In this document: positions 20,238 through 34,552 of the stretch, piece after piece | Layout: each line of letters opens with the position of its first letter | Position numbering within the stretch: position 1 is the stretch's first letter | Origin: Chrysomallon squamiferum | Taxonomy: Eukaryota; Animalia; Mollusca | Direction: 5' to 3' | DNA length: 64,000 bases | Assembly: GCA_012295275.1 (NCBI GenBank) | Contig: CM022672.1 | Location: forward strand, 4,774,001-4,838,000 | Position numbers and translations under genes: made by a program | Notes under the pieces: model-generated | Told to the model about the DNA's origin: nothing | The model's database searches: none | What the model saw: only the letters and a program-made list of their open reading frames with translations

Positions 20238-20791
20238 GTAATAATAATAGTAACAGTAATAATAATATAGTAATAATAATAATAATAATGGTAATAATAA
20301 TAATAATAATAGAAATAATAATAATAATTATAATAATAACAACAAAAATAATAACTCATGGAAATAGCATGATTTCCTTAACAAAATACATTTTTTTCTA
20401 TTCGAATATGATTATTTACATTAAGATTCACCAGCAGGTTAGTGAATATGAAACGCATACATAAATACATAATCATAATTATATCAATAGTTTTAAATAT
20501 CTAAAAAGAGAAAAAATGTCTGTTAAAAAAAAAAAAAAATCAACCCCCTCCCCCGAAAAACCCTATCACTATGTGTTTGTTCACACGAACATCCACTAAC
20601 AGGTAAGTGAGGGTGATGCAACACTTACAGTCTGTTGATGTTTCCCCTTCTGTGTTGCTGCTACTTGTTGAGGCTGACGTCCCCGCCAGCGTCCCTTGTT
20701 TCGTTGGCATGTTCATGTCGAGGGAAAACCTCTTTTCTTTTTTAGCTGCTGTTTCACAGGGATCATAAACTGCAGAGAGAGAAAACAAAAA

Positions 20792-20822
<31 letters not shown>

Positions 20823-23169
20823 TAAAAATGGCATGTTAACAGATAATTGTGTGTGATTTCAGTTAATTATTTTTAAGTAGCGTTGTTTTCGGCACTTTGA
20901 GTAATTTAATGGTATTGGTTGTTATTTTGAACGAAAGTGATCTTTTGAAGGATTTTCAAAATGTAAAATACTTGTAATATATATATATGTACTTTTTTTT
21001 TTTTTTAATCGTTTCACCTCTTTAAAGCAGATAGCATTTTAACTAATTTGAACTAGTTTGTATCGATATAATATACGTAAGAGTTTCAACATGTACAGTA
21101 TATGTAGAATATGGAAATATTTTTGGGCAGTTTCACCCAAACATATATCAGTTTTTATTTTATTTTATTTATTTTTATTTTTTTATAAGACATATCCATA
21201 CTGTGGATGTATAGGGGATACTGTTAGAGAGACGATGACAGTATGATATATATATCTTTTTACCAGATGATGTCAGACGGTTATGTTTGACTCTTAGAAC
21301 GTTTACATTATACTGATTGAACTTTGTACTTACATGGTAAAGTGTAGCGTCTTTTGCCAGAATGCTTTTCTTCCTTTGGTCTAAAAAAAAAAAAAACATT
21401 TTATTTTTGAAAAGTTCTTGTTTGAAACTTCGATCTGCAGTCATCTCATAGTCCTCTGTAAAAACAGGATTTAAATATCCTCAAAATATATCAGTGATGG
21501 TGTGCATAATTGTCCTCCAAATACATTTTCAAGAAATTTCCGTATATGTAAATACGTTTACATATACGTACGTATGTATGTATGTTTGTATGTATGGATG
21601 TATGGTTTTATCTATTATTTTAATATGATTATGTGTGTGGGTGTGTGTATATGTGTGTGTGTGTGTGTATATGTATATTTGTGTGTATATATATATATAT
21701 GTGTGTGTGTGTATATATATATATATACACACACACATGACACACACACAAATACATATATATATATATATGTGTGTATGTATGTATATGTATGTATGCA
21801 TGCATGTATGTTAAAATGCTGATACATACCCATCAAGCACTGAATCACGAAATGCTTTTGCGAAAGGATTGTGGTGAATTTTCAGTTTCGTTATCTTTTC
21901 GTTCTGGTACGCCGTGACAGCTATGAACTTGGTTTGCGTCAAAGGAAAGACAATTTTTTCAGGTTTCTGAACGTCTGAACTTTCTTTGTGACGGACAATA
22001 GAAACCGTCGTCACGTACTGATACATCGAAGTGAGTAAAATCTACGTAAAAACAAAGAGACACAGTTTTATAACCAGTACCTCATTTGGTGTAATCAAGT
22101 CACCGTACAGGATCGATCAAAATTAATTGTAAAAGATACTATAATATATATTTTTTTAAATTATTTTTATTTTTATTTTATTTAATTTTGTTTATTTTTT
22201 ATTTTTTTTATTATTATTATTTTTTTAATTATTATTATTATTATATTTATACATGGACAGAACCGTTTTTGTAAAACACATACACAAAAATACAGACAGA
22301 CCGACAAACAGACATAAATATACTCATGCATACATAAATATACAGAAAGAATACACATATCCTCCATACATGTACAGGCATATATCGTACGTTAAAAAAA
22401 CAGGGTTCCAGATTTCCATTATAAAAAAATAAATAAAATAAGATAAAATAAAATAAAATAAAATAAAATAATAAATAAAATAAAATAAATTAAATTAAAT
22501 TATAAAAAATAAAATAAAATAAAAACAAAGTTAACTAGATAAAGAGAAAGATTATCAGATGCTGTTAATCTGAAAATTATAATCCTAAATGTTTCTATTA
22601 CACCATGATAAAATTTACTTTTGTTAGTCTAATGATTTCAAAATCATACTTGCTCGTTGAATATTGTTATGCATTTCTTTATTCATTCTAAACTTTTGTT
22701 GCTGATCGTGAACAGGGAAAACTAAACGCCTTTATTACTTCTTGACGCGACTGTTATTTAGCATGAATACAATAATTAATATCTCATACAGCAGTATGAA
22801 AAAAAGATTTAAAAAAAAAAAGAAAAGCATAGAAAAGAAAAATTTGCAGTGAAGTGCATAATTTAAAGAAATAAAGACACCGCAAACATTTCATACTTTA
22901 TCTAATCTATATGACAATGACTTTTATTAAAAATTGAAAATGGTAGTCACTGATTTTTATAGTCATTGAAATCAGACGTCTTCTTTTAATTTATATATTT
23001 TTTCGAACAAATGTGATTTGTCATTCATTTTAGTTCATTTTTTTATTTAGCATGTAATTTAGTCTCTGTGTTGAGGGGCTCATCTGTAACTGACGTGCAC
23101 CAGATGTCGAAGTAGTCAACCCTCCCCTGTACATTCAAACACGTTTGTCTGAATGCCAGTGCATTTAAC

Positions 23170-23253
<84 letters not shown>

Positions 23254-25122
23254 AATAAAAAATAAAATATTAAAAAAAATAAAATAAATGACAATAAAAT
23301 TAAAGACAAACGAAAATAGACAAACAGAGAAACAGAAGCCAGACAATTAGAAAAAAAACAAAGAGACAAATTGACAGACAGACAAATAGACAGACAGACA
23401 AATTGACAGACAGACAAATAGACAGACAGACAAATAGACAGACAGACAAATTGACAGACAGACAAATAGACAGACAGACAAATTGACAGACAGACAAATA
23501 GACAGACAGACAAATTGACAGACAGACAAATAGACAGACGGACATGACAGCTAGTAAAAAAAAAAAGGCAAATATATTTACATTTTCTTCTTTGCAGTCC
23601 TTGTTATTGGTGAGTTTTATTTTGGCAAAAGATATTTGTTTTTGTTCCCAGAATCTGCCAGTGTTAGGTGAGTCTGGATGAACGTAACGAAGGTTTGCAG
23701 GCTCTGTTTTTGACAAAGTAATTGGAAGCCATTTGTTATTAACAAACTTGAATCGTCTGCCGTCCGCTTGGGAAATCTCCAGAATGACGTCATACGCTAC
23801 ATCCAAGTCGAGGCCTCGGACGGAAACAACAACATGGGGAAACATACGCCTGCAAACGAAAAAGAAAACAGTTGTATACATGTGAATTAATACATTTTTC
23901 TGTCTTTTTCTTTTTCTTGGCAATAAAACGATTTCAGACAGCGATTATTAGCTGTCAGATTTTCTTGTGGAAACGAAGAACATGACTTACCAACAGATAT
24001 ATATGTCCAGGGCCTCCCAGAGAAATTTTGCAAGTCAGTACAAGATCTCTTAGTGGCCTCGATGAGGCAAAGATTTATTTCTCTAAATACTAATAAAAAG
24101 AAGTAAGGTGGTGTGATAAGTGTAGTGATGTTTGTGTATGTGAATGTCAGTGTATGTCGGGCTGAGGGTAGTAGAGAGTGATTGTTTTCGAGGGGGGATG
24201 GATGTTGCATTGCTGCTGTGGGGCCCTTTTTAGCTCTTGAGCCCCAGAACAAAGTGCCGGCAGGACCCCAACTCTCTCACAGGCCCTGGGTATGTGAAAA
24301 AAAAGCCAAAAAAAAAAAAAATAAACCCAATAACTTTGAAAGCCTCCAAAACAAAAACAAATTCTGCATCACTGGAAAGAGTATGGAGAAAAGAATAAAG
24401 CGATACCATATTTATGATGCTAACTTGAAAAATAACGGCGTTATGGTGATTATTTGTTCCGAAAAGTAGGCTGATTTTCCCTAATTTGTGTTTGTTTTTT
24501 TTTTTTTTTTTTTGTTTTTTTTTTTTTTTAGCTTTATTGTACTAATAGTGTAATGTAATTTCATTTTGTTCTAATATCTCCCTTCAAAAGAAAGATAATT
24601 TTATCAAATCTTGAAGATGTCGAGTTTATTATATGAGGTTAAAGGAGTACATTAGCTAAAGATATAGCTAATTAATTCGTTTTTCTTATATATACAGATA
24701 TTAACATGATCAAAGCAATCTTAATATTATTAATTAGCACATTCTTTTTATTATTGCTTGACTTGTTGACTACTTTATTTTCGTTCTAGTTGGTGGTTTC
24801 ACTTATTCTCCATTTACGCATATGTATTAATATATTATACATTTAGATGATATAACAAAAATTAAACTTTCTTGAAAATAAAATCAGTATTATTTTGCAT
24901 AAATTTCATATATATGCGTGGATATGGGTGTGAATGTGGGTGTGTGGGGGGTGTAAAACGTGATTATGAAAATAACAAAAAATTAAGCCTTAACGTACAA
25001 AAATTGGCGAACTAACTGGGCATTAACATTTGGAAGAATTCATTAACGTCCATCCAAAAACGCTATATGTATAAAACTTGTGTCTGCAATTAATTCATTA
25101 ATTCATAAATTCATACATTCAT

Positions 25123-25165
<43 letters not shown>

Positions 25166-26198
25166 TTGATTGATTTATTTATTGATTTATTGATTTATTT
25201 ATTGATTGATTTATTTATTGATTTATTTACAGTTGTTGTTGTTTTACAGTTTCAGATCAGCACATTTGCACCTCAGACTCACCTTCCATTTCTGTTGATG
25301 ATCATTTCTGTTCCCAGAGAGCTGAACGACGACCACAAGTCCGCGCTGTGGAACTTGAGCTCCACTCCGTCTGACACGATCACGTCGGAGCTGTGCACGT
25401 TGCAGTTGTCGTCCTTCTCTTCCACGACGGTCGACGACAGGGATCGCGGCAGCAGCAGAATGGGAAGAGCGGGTTTCCTGTTCCCAGTGTGTTTGATGAC
25501 ACTGCACTCCTTCCAGTATCTCCTGAAGTCGTCGTGTACGTTGTTGGCGATGTTTCTGTCCAAGGTAATCAGTTCATTTTTGACTATCGACAAGTCCAGC
25601 GCTTCCTGTGGTGGATAACAATTTTAATAATGATGATGATGATGATGATAATAATAATCAAAAAAATTCAAAAACAACACAATCACTACCAAAAAAAAAA
25701 AAAAAAAAATACATAATAAAAAATAATTAATTAATTAATTAATAGAAATAATAATATCAGTATCACTTGCAAATACAATACAGGCCTTTAAAACCATTTT
25801 TATTTCTTTGTTTTATTGTTATAAATCAATTATCTCTCTCTCTGTCTGTCTGTCTTTTTGTCTATGTAGCTGTGTATTTTTCTTGTCTGTCGAAATAAAT
25901 AAATACATACAAATATCCATACAGATACATATTAGTATGCAGCTTTCGGGCGCATACACTCACATACTTACATACATATGTGCGTACATATAACGGAGCT
26001 AGTGAAATTAAACAGTGTATTATAACAAAGATATAAAATATACATTATACAGTAAGACTATTAAAAGATAGATGTTACTATTCATCGTAACAGCTCGTCA
26101 AATACATTTGAAACATTTTCGAACGACAGGATTCGTTTAAACTTGTCTACGAAGAGATAAAAATCAAATGTCTTTTTTACCTCTTGAACGTGCAACAT
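19455..26198 (-). CDS. Divergent T-box transcription factor, ~406 aa; coding exons 26198-26181, 25605-25283, 23849-23582, 22041-21830, 21380-21334, 20769-20629, 19666-19455
   Basis: Complete T-domain: LWSSFSSLGTEMIINRNGR|RMFP...YVHPDSPNTGRFW...ISFAKIKLTNN...FIAVTAYQNEKITKLKIHHNPFAKAFRD, including the classic phase-2 intron in GR|RMFP. All seven exons join in frame by GT-AG (1221 nt). The first and last three exons rest on splice signals and phase only. Confidence 0.9.
19670..20355. repeat. ~690 bp (AAT/AGT)n cryptic microsatellite
   Basis: Fills most of the last T-box intron, up to the acceptor. Confidence 0.9.
23350..23545. repeat. 16-bp GACAGACAGACAAAT(T/A) minisatellite
   Basis: Tandem copies in T-box intron 3; explains the SVCLFVCL ORFs. 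Confidence 0.9.
24008..24288. mobile_element. Probable hAT-type MITE in T-box intron 2
   Basis: Termini CAGGGCCTcccAGAGA ... TCTCTcacAGGCCCTG (13/16 inverted match). Flanking 8-mers TATATGTC and GGTATGTG resemble a decayed 8-bp TSD. Confidence 0.5.
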
Positions 26199-26475
26199 GA
26201 TCGAAATCGTTGAAAGGAATCCAAGTACGAGACAGAACAAGGTGATCTGCCGCTGCTGCTGTTGGTGTTGGTGTTGGCTAAGACTAATGGCTGGCTGCCA
26301 GGGACAGGTGTGACACACCGTGTTCTCGGCAGTGTCGTTAAACTGTAATACACTTCAGCCAATCCAACTGCTAGCTGAACTAATGAAAAAAAAAGAGGAA
26401 GTCAAAATGAAAAAAAAAGAAGAAAAACACTTTTACTAAATCTGTGTGTGGTCGAGTATGTTACCCAGGTAATTG

Positions 26476-26579
<104 letters not shown>

Positions 26580-27710
26580 ATATAGAGACATGTATACAAT
26601 ATTAATAATAATAATGATGAGAATAATAATAATAATATTAACAACAACAACAAAATAAAAACAAGCTATGGTGGCCGCTGTGTTGGAAGACTAGGAACAA
26701 AACCGTGTTTATATTCTTCTTCAAACATTACAAGTGCATTTCAGGACTGTCGTATTATGAGCAATGGAAGTTCAGTTCATGGTTGTTAAGTGTGTCATAG
26801 CAGAGATACATTTATTAACAGCACAGATCCAGAAATATTATTTCATATCCACCGGCCAGTTTTCCAAATTTATAACAGCTATAAATCCTGCCAATAAAAC
26901 TGGTGTATTATTGTTTTTCAATGAACACGTATTTTTAAGGCTATTCTTACAGATTTAATGGTTTGTTTGTGAAAAGGGAAGAGATATTCTATTTTGATAA
27001 ATTCAAAGTGCTATAAGCCGAGTCTCTCGCACAGAAGAACTCAGTTTACTCTGAGACATGAAATAAAAGGAGACGGTTATTCTTACAAACATACCCCTGC
27101 TCCAAATATACTGTATGATATAATACTTCACTATATTTACTTCACTTCACCACTTGTTGATAATGAAACTGTCCACTATTTTGCAATTTCTAGATCACAG
27201 AATACCAGAATCAGGACGTTCATTACATGCAAAGTGAAATTCGGCGCGATATAGACTCGTATAGGACAAACTGTAACATTAACAGTTTTATAGCCAACTG
27301 TCAAGAAATCTTTATCAGCAGGAAACAAATTAAAATGAGACGATCCTTAAATAAATACATTAGTTACAGTGTTAACCAAGAATACTTTTTCTAATAACTG
27401 AATTTTTTTTAAAGAATACTTTAGGTCGAGTATTACTCCGAAATTGTGGTATTGCTAATTAGCTAAAAACTGTAGCATGCATCAAAATGTTTTCACCAGA
27501 ATGCTACACCATAAAAAGATACTTAGAAAAATACACAAACAGAAGTTTCATGCAATAACTAATTCATAAGATATTGTCAGTATTAGATTTCGATGGCAGC
27601 CATTTCAGGTCGCTCTAGTTAATTAGTGATAGTAATTTGGTACTACTGCTGGTGCTAAATAATTCCTAGCATGATAGCTAAGCTAAATTTCAGTTTAAAC
27701 TTTCTAAATA

Positions 27711-28166
27711 CAGTGGTACCTTGACTTACGAGTTTAATTTGCTCCGTGATCGAGCTCGTAACTCAATTTGCTCGTATATCAGATCAGTCTTCCCAAATGA
27801 AATTAATTGATATACTATTAATCCGTTCCAGCCCCCCAAAAACCACCCCAGTTTTTTGTAACGTGTTTTTAAATAAGAAAAATGTGTGTATAAATGAAAA
27901 ATATTGTATAAAAACAAAATAAAAGTGTATGTAAAGAACTAAATTGGTTTTGTAAAGTGTACAGGGTTAGGGTTTCTCCATCTTCTCATGGACAGAGATC
28001 CACAGCTTAGAAATTATTTAAAACCCTTTGCCTGGAGATACTGTGTATCTGAAGCTCGCTCGTAACTCGGATTTTGGCTCGCAACTCAAAGCAATAACTC
28101 GACAAGGCGGCAGCTCGTAACTCGATAAATTCGTAAGTTGAGCACTCGTATCTCGAGGTATCACTG
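27711..28166. mobile_element. pogo/Tigger-type non-autonomous DNA transposon (MITE), 456 bp
   Basis: TA target duplication at 27709-10 and 28167-68. TIRs CAGTGGTACCTTGACTTACGAGT vs CAGTGATACCTCGAGATACGAGT (19/23). Subterminal CTCGTAACTC repeats at both ends. Confidence 0.85.
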
Positions 28167-28513
28167 TACTCGGAATTCTATGACAAATATGGTTTAATAC
28201 TGACCTAATTTGATAACGTTCCTGAAGATTTCTAATCAAAATGATGTCACTCATGAAAGAAATATTTAGGGTCAATTGGTCCATGGCTTATTATTTATAA
28301 ATGTAAATCACAAAATATGTGTTTTTCTCTCACCTCTGTTTAGCAGTATTTATTATTATAATAGCACAGTCTGGGAATACTACAGGCTGTAAAATATTCC
28401 TAGGACGATGCAGAGGACAATCACAGAAGTTTATCCGGGTGAGTAAGAATATGGTTAGTGCTCACCATGATAAATATTTTTGTTTTATTCACACACATAT
28501 ACACACACACAGA

Positions 28514-28590
<77 letters not shown>

Positions 28591-29152
28591 ATACATATAT
28601 ATCCTGGTAGGAGACACTTTTTACAAATACGATGCATCTCAGATGAATAAAAAATACAAAAGTAAACTTGTAGGATGAAACTATAAAGAAACTCTCAGGT
28701 CCAGTATGAGACTAGATACCATACTGGATACTAGATAATATACTGATCTTGTAATAAATGGAAAATTTGTAATTTCAGAATTAATAATAAAATAAATGTT
28801 GTACGAATTTATTAAAATGCAATCACCGCAAGTTTTATCTTAAAAGTGGTCAGAACCTCAATTGTGCGCGTGTAGTTTCAAAACCGGGTTATCTCATGTT
28901 ATCAAAAGATGATGATGTGCTAGAAGTTTGCTATAAACATACAATTTGAACATTACAAAACAGAAATATACTTTGATGTTCACGTACACCTAGCACTTAT
29001 GATTACAAATAATATTAATTATTGTTAACACTGAAATATTTTCCTCCAACAAATACCGTATAATGCAGTGTTTAATTTCAGATATCAGCGCCCACATATC
29101 CGTAAAACTACAAAACCCCATCGCACACGTCTTTATCATTGTGAGATTCTGA

Positions 29153-29191
<39 letters not shown>

Positions 29192-29592
29192 AACCCACAC
29201 AAAAACCACGCGTCGTGATGATGATGTAAGCAAATTCTTCCAAGGGATTACACGCTGATGCAAACATATCTGCTGACAAAGAATCTTTTTGACTCACAAG
29301 TCAGTTTATAGGTAACAAATGTATAATAATCATCGAGCAAAATGGTGATGTTTAAAATCACTTCAGATTATAGATGTCGTTCAGCGCTGTCACGTTAAAT
29401 CAGAGCACGTTTATTTTCTAATAGCCACAAAACCAAATCAACACTTTTTTTTTTAAATTTATTTTTGTATTTTTGTATTTTATTTTATTTTTGTATTTTT
29501 GTATTTTATTTTAATTTAATTTTATTTTGTTTTTGTAAAAAAAAATGATTTATCTACTTTAAAAAAAAAAAAAAAAAAATGATTTAATTATT

Positions 29593-29721
<129 letters not shown>

Positions 29722-30225
29722 TTTATTATTTTTTATTTTTTATTTTTTATTTTTATTTTATTTTATTTTATTTTTTTTTTGAAGGTTTACCAGTGTAAAA
29801 GCTAAACCACAAACCAGGCATAAATGTATATTTTAATCATGCTAATTTTCTACGTACGCCATTTAGCACCTGGTATAAGGCTTCCATATTCTCACTTCGT
29901 TAAGGACATTTACAACTCTGAGTGATATAATAGCTTTTCGCCAGTGTAACACGAAAGAAGCAAATATAAAGGGAGACTGTAACAACCTTTCTCAGTTCAT
30001 GATGGGGTTTTTTCTTGAAGAGGGATTAGGTTTTTTTTTTGTTGGTTTTTTAAACAGAAACTAACTTTTGTTGCAGAAGCTTTATAATATAATAAAGTAG
30101 TATGCATATTATTATACATTTATATTTCTTTGTTATGTAATAACTCACAGGTACATACATTTTCGAAAACATCGAATTTCGAAATAGAAAATGTATTGTG
30201 CACATCACAACTGAAAGTTTAAGCA

Positions 30226-30227
<2 letters not shown>

Positions 30228-30315
<88 letters not shown>

Positions 30316-30350
30316 TCTTCTTCTTCTTCTTCTTCTTCTTCTTCTTCTTC
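30228..30350. repeat. (CT)n(CTT)n microsatellite
   Basis: Visible. Confidence 0.9.
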
Positions 30351-31089
30351 TGTTGTAAATACATCGTGATCCTCCTGGAACAGATTTTGGATCGGCCCCT
30401 GGGTACCAGTAATCGATAGAAAGGTGTTAACTACAACGTCTCGGTGAAAATAATGGCGTTTCGTCACCACTTCAACGTCGACGTCTTTTCAAAGGATTTT
30501 CGTCACCGCCTTCGCAGTTTTTTTTCTCGCTATTGTCTGCCTGTTATCACCTGAGATAGGCGTCAAATCATTACCTCGAAGATGAGACAGGTAGAAATCA
30601 CAGGTTTTCCATCAGAAAGCGAATATAGTAAAAATAGTATAGCAGGCAGAACAAAAGCGATATTTTTGAAAATAAAACCTAAATTAGAAATCAAATTTCT
30701 TTTGTGATCATTAGACATTTAAATGTATTACTACAGATACTTGAATTACATACAACATAATATATATATATATATATATATAATAAAAATATCAGTGACT
30801 GAAATGAAGATAATGAAAGAAAAGTGAGATTTTAAATGTACTTGGTTATTTATGCAAATGTAATTAGACAGACATAAGTCAAGTAATATGCTAAATATAT
30901 ACTTAAAAATCGGTATTGAAAATTTTTTTTTTCTTTAACTGTGAAACTTCACAAAAAGATCGATTTAAAGGCATGAGTATTCGGTTTACTGAGGTTTAAT
31001 ACTTAAGGAAAAAGGAAATTTATTTGTTTGTGATTATTATTATCATTACTATTACTATTATTTATTTATTTATTTATTTATTATATTTA

Positions 31090-31990
31090 AGGTAAGGTAA
31101 AATTGGTTCCACTACATTTTTATAAAGCTATGAGCACAAACCACACACACACACAGACACTGGTAAGGCTGGTTTTAGTATTAAGTACATTTTATAAAGC
31201 TATGACTACATATAAATAGGCTGTTAAAATTTGTTATTATCGTCATATTTTATTAGTAGTAGTAAGGCTGGTTTAAGTACATCTTATAATGCAAAAACTG
31301 TAGATAAATTGAGTGCAAGCAATTAAAATCTTATATTATTACAATGTTTCATTAGCAAAGATTGATTTCAGCATGTAGTTACTATAGAGCAATGTATTAA
31401 TAAGGAATACTTATTTCTATAATTGTTTAAGATGTAATGCAATGATTACATAGCAGAATGGTATATTTCTACGGATCGCCAGGGAAATTTTATTTTATCG
31501 TTTCTTTTTATTAACAAAAGTTTTCCACCAGCCAATTTTATAAAGCTACGACGACATATAAACAGGGTATTAAAATCTTATAGTATCGTCATATTTTATT
31601 ATTGGTAAGGCTGGTTTCAGTGTGTCTTATAAAGTAATAGTTGTAAATAAATCGAGTATAGGCTATTAAAATCTTATATTATCATCATGTTTTATTAGCG
31701 AAGGTTGGTTTCAGCCCTTAGATATTACAGAGCAATGTATTAATAAGGAATAATTATTTCTGTAATTATTTAAGATCTAATGTAACGATTCCGTAAGACA
31801 GGAATAGTAGTGTTCTACAAATCTTTATAGAGCAATGACAACACATACATTGCATAAAGGCTACTGAAATATCACCATCATACTTTATTATCAGCAAAGG
31901 TTGGTGCCAGCCCATTGTGTAAATCAGTGACTGTAGACGAAATCTTAACATAAAGCAATGACTACATAGACTGTATATTAATGTTTCCTT
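31090..31990. repeat. Degenerate tandem duplication (~350 bp period) built from shorter subunits
   Basis: Recurring GGTAAGGCTGGTTT, TTTTATAAAGCTA, ATTAAAATCTTATATTATC and GAGCAATGTATTAATAAGGAAT motifs. Confidence 0.7.
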
Positions 31991-33698
31991 ATGCACAGCA
32001 GGTACATTTTAAACCGTTACTCTTTGACTCTATATAGAATAACAGTATTGACAGCAATTTTTGTTTTGTTTAAATCTACAAAGAATAAATATTTTGAATT
32101 ATATAATAACAACAGGACTAATTTAGACTGTTAAGATTACATCGCATGCATACAAACAACGAGAGAACATTTGAACTGTAAAAAAAAAAATAGAAACGTA
32201 AAAATCAAAATCAAATACAAATTGATAGGCTCTAGACATAGTAGACATATAGATAATAAATGGATATACTTATAAAGATAACTTATAAAGATATTACAGG
32301 TAACAAATAGATATACTTATAAAGATAGATGGGGATAGAAAGACAGACCGATTACTTAGTTTTAATATTTTTGTAAAACATAGTGTTTTCTTTCTAAAAC
32401 AAGCACATTATATAACGATAGATAGAAAGATATTAGCTTGTTTTAAACATAATGTACCATTTTTATTTCTAAAACAAAAGACAGCAGTTTATGACGAACA
32501 AACGAGGACAACAAACGCATTAAATAACAGGAGCATTAATGTTTTTTTCCTTCATTTGGTTTTTACACTAATCTGGGATAAATGTTATCATTATTACTTA
32601 CCTATATGCATTTACATAATTATGTACATATAAATAATCATAACGGGTCTATATTTTAATTATATTTTTGGTTATAAAATCGTATACGCTTGGTTCTGGA
32701 CCGATCTAAGAGATAGGGTAAAAAAAAAAAAAAAAAAAAGAAAAGGATTTCTTTAAAAGATTCGTCACTTATTATTTTATCTTATTATTGCTCTCCGAAT
32801 CTGACCAGCAATATCAACATTCAGTATAAAAAAAACGTTCTCGTACGTATTTGTAATACACATTTCGTCTAAAGTCAATCTTTGGAAATACTGTCCCTTT
32901 TTTCAAAAAATTGTCTTTGTTAACTTGACAGCACTGTTGTTTAGGTGGAACTGATGGTCTTTAAACAAATAATATTTATTTTATTTCCAAAGCAAAGGAA
33001 ATGTTAAAGTTCGTATCACAGACGAAAATAAACAGTAGAATTAATTAGAAAATATGATAAACAGATCTATGATCATAACGATCTGGGGTTGGTTTTTTTT
33101 TTTTGGGGGGGGATATTTATTTGTTTTTGTTGTTGTTTTGTTCAAATATGGTCAAGATACAGATTAATGAATAACATAAAATAGGTCATATAAATGTCCT
33201 TCGAAAGAGTTTATTAATTTTGAGAAATAAATAACAGAACAACAACAAATACTGATTCGTCTGTAACAGTTAAATGAAATTGTAATTAAATTATTCTTTA
33301 TGTACACAAATACAAAATTTCCATTTTTAGCACATTAACGTTACAAATTTTTCTTCACAAACACAAGCCTTTCAGAGAAGAAAACTACATTAAATTAATT
33401 ATATAACTGTCATGTCTTTTCTAAAACAGATTATAAATTTCAAACACGATTCAGCCATTTCAATAATTTGAAAATAAAACTTACAGTTTGGAATTAATCA
33501 GGTTTACTGAGGACGATGTACGGCATTGATGACCTGTAACAGCGCTACGTTTTAAAATCAGCAGATACGCAACAAAAAAAATAAATAAATAAAATAAAAT
33601 AAATAAATAAATAAATAAATAAAATAAATAAATGTTGTAACCATGGCATATCAGTTTCTCGTTTTTATGAAGCTTGAATACGAAAATTAATGTTGTTC

Positions 33699-33736
<38 letters not shown>

Positions 33737-33738
33737 AC

Positions 33739-33773
<35 letters not shown>

Positions 33774-34337
33774 TTCTCTCACTCACACTTACTCTCTCTC
33801 TCTCTCTCTCAACTTGTATTTTCTCAACCCTGTTCGAATTTAAAAAACAAAATTTGACTGAGTTCATTTTGAAGATCCATTTAATATCATTTCCTCGTTT
33901 GCCTTATTTCTCAAAAATATTTTTACAATTGTTAAGTTCAATTGATTGTATGGCTACAATTTTTATAAACATTTCATACAATACATATAATAACTGTTAA
34001 ATATACATTTGTTATTTAAAAAATAATCAACTAAAATGTTATTCTTGATTAAGAATAAAACAATTATTTATATTATCGGTAAACAGAAATTGCACTTCGA
34101 TCTGTGTAAACAATTACTTGTTTTTCAGTTAAAAATCAATGGACAAAACAAATTTCTGAATGTTATTTGACATGCAATTCGTCTTTGAGAAAAAATGATA
34201 AAATAACATTAGATCATATTTTAGTGAAAAATTAATCTGAAAATAAATCACTATTATATTCATGATTAATCTATTTTTTAATTTTTTAAAATGTATATAT
34301 ATATTTTTTATTATTATTAATACCAGTGTACAATAAT

Positions 34338-34552
34338 TTGTTCACTAAATGAAACATTTCAGATATCACAACTGAAATACTGTTTATAAGAATATTTCCA
34401 CACATTAAAATTAACATTTAATATAAAATTATAAAGTAAGTAAAAAAAATTGTTCACGAAATGAAACGTTTCAGATGTGAATCGTGAAATATTGTTTATA
34501 AAAATATTTCTCTACATCAAAATTAAAATTTGTTATAAAATAATAAAGTAAA
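34338..34552. repeat. ~112 bp tandem duplication
   Basis: Two copies beginning TTGTTCAC(T/G)AAATGAAAC(A/G)TTTCAGAT. Confidence 0.75.

Noticed and set aside
21381-21455. Longer T-box exon 5 using the acceptor at 21456
   Set aside because: It introduces an immediate in-frame stop; the acceptor at 21381 keeps phase with both neighbouring exons.
29210-29280. Possible C/D snoRNA (GTGATGA...CTGA)
   Set aside because: The box C is part of a (GAT)n run, the element is short and intergenic, and I recognise no rRNA guide.
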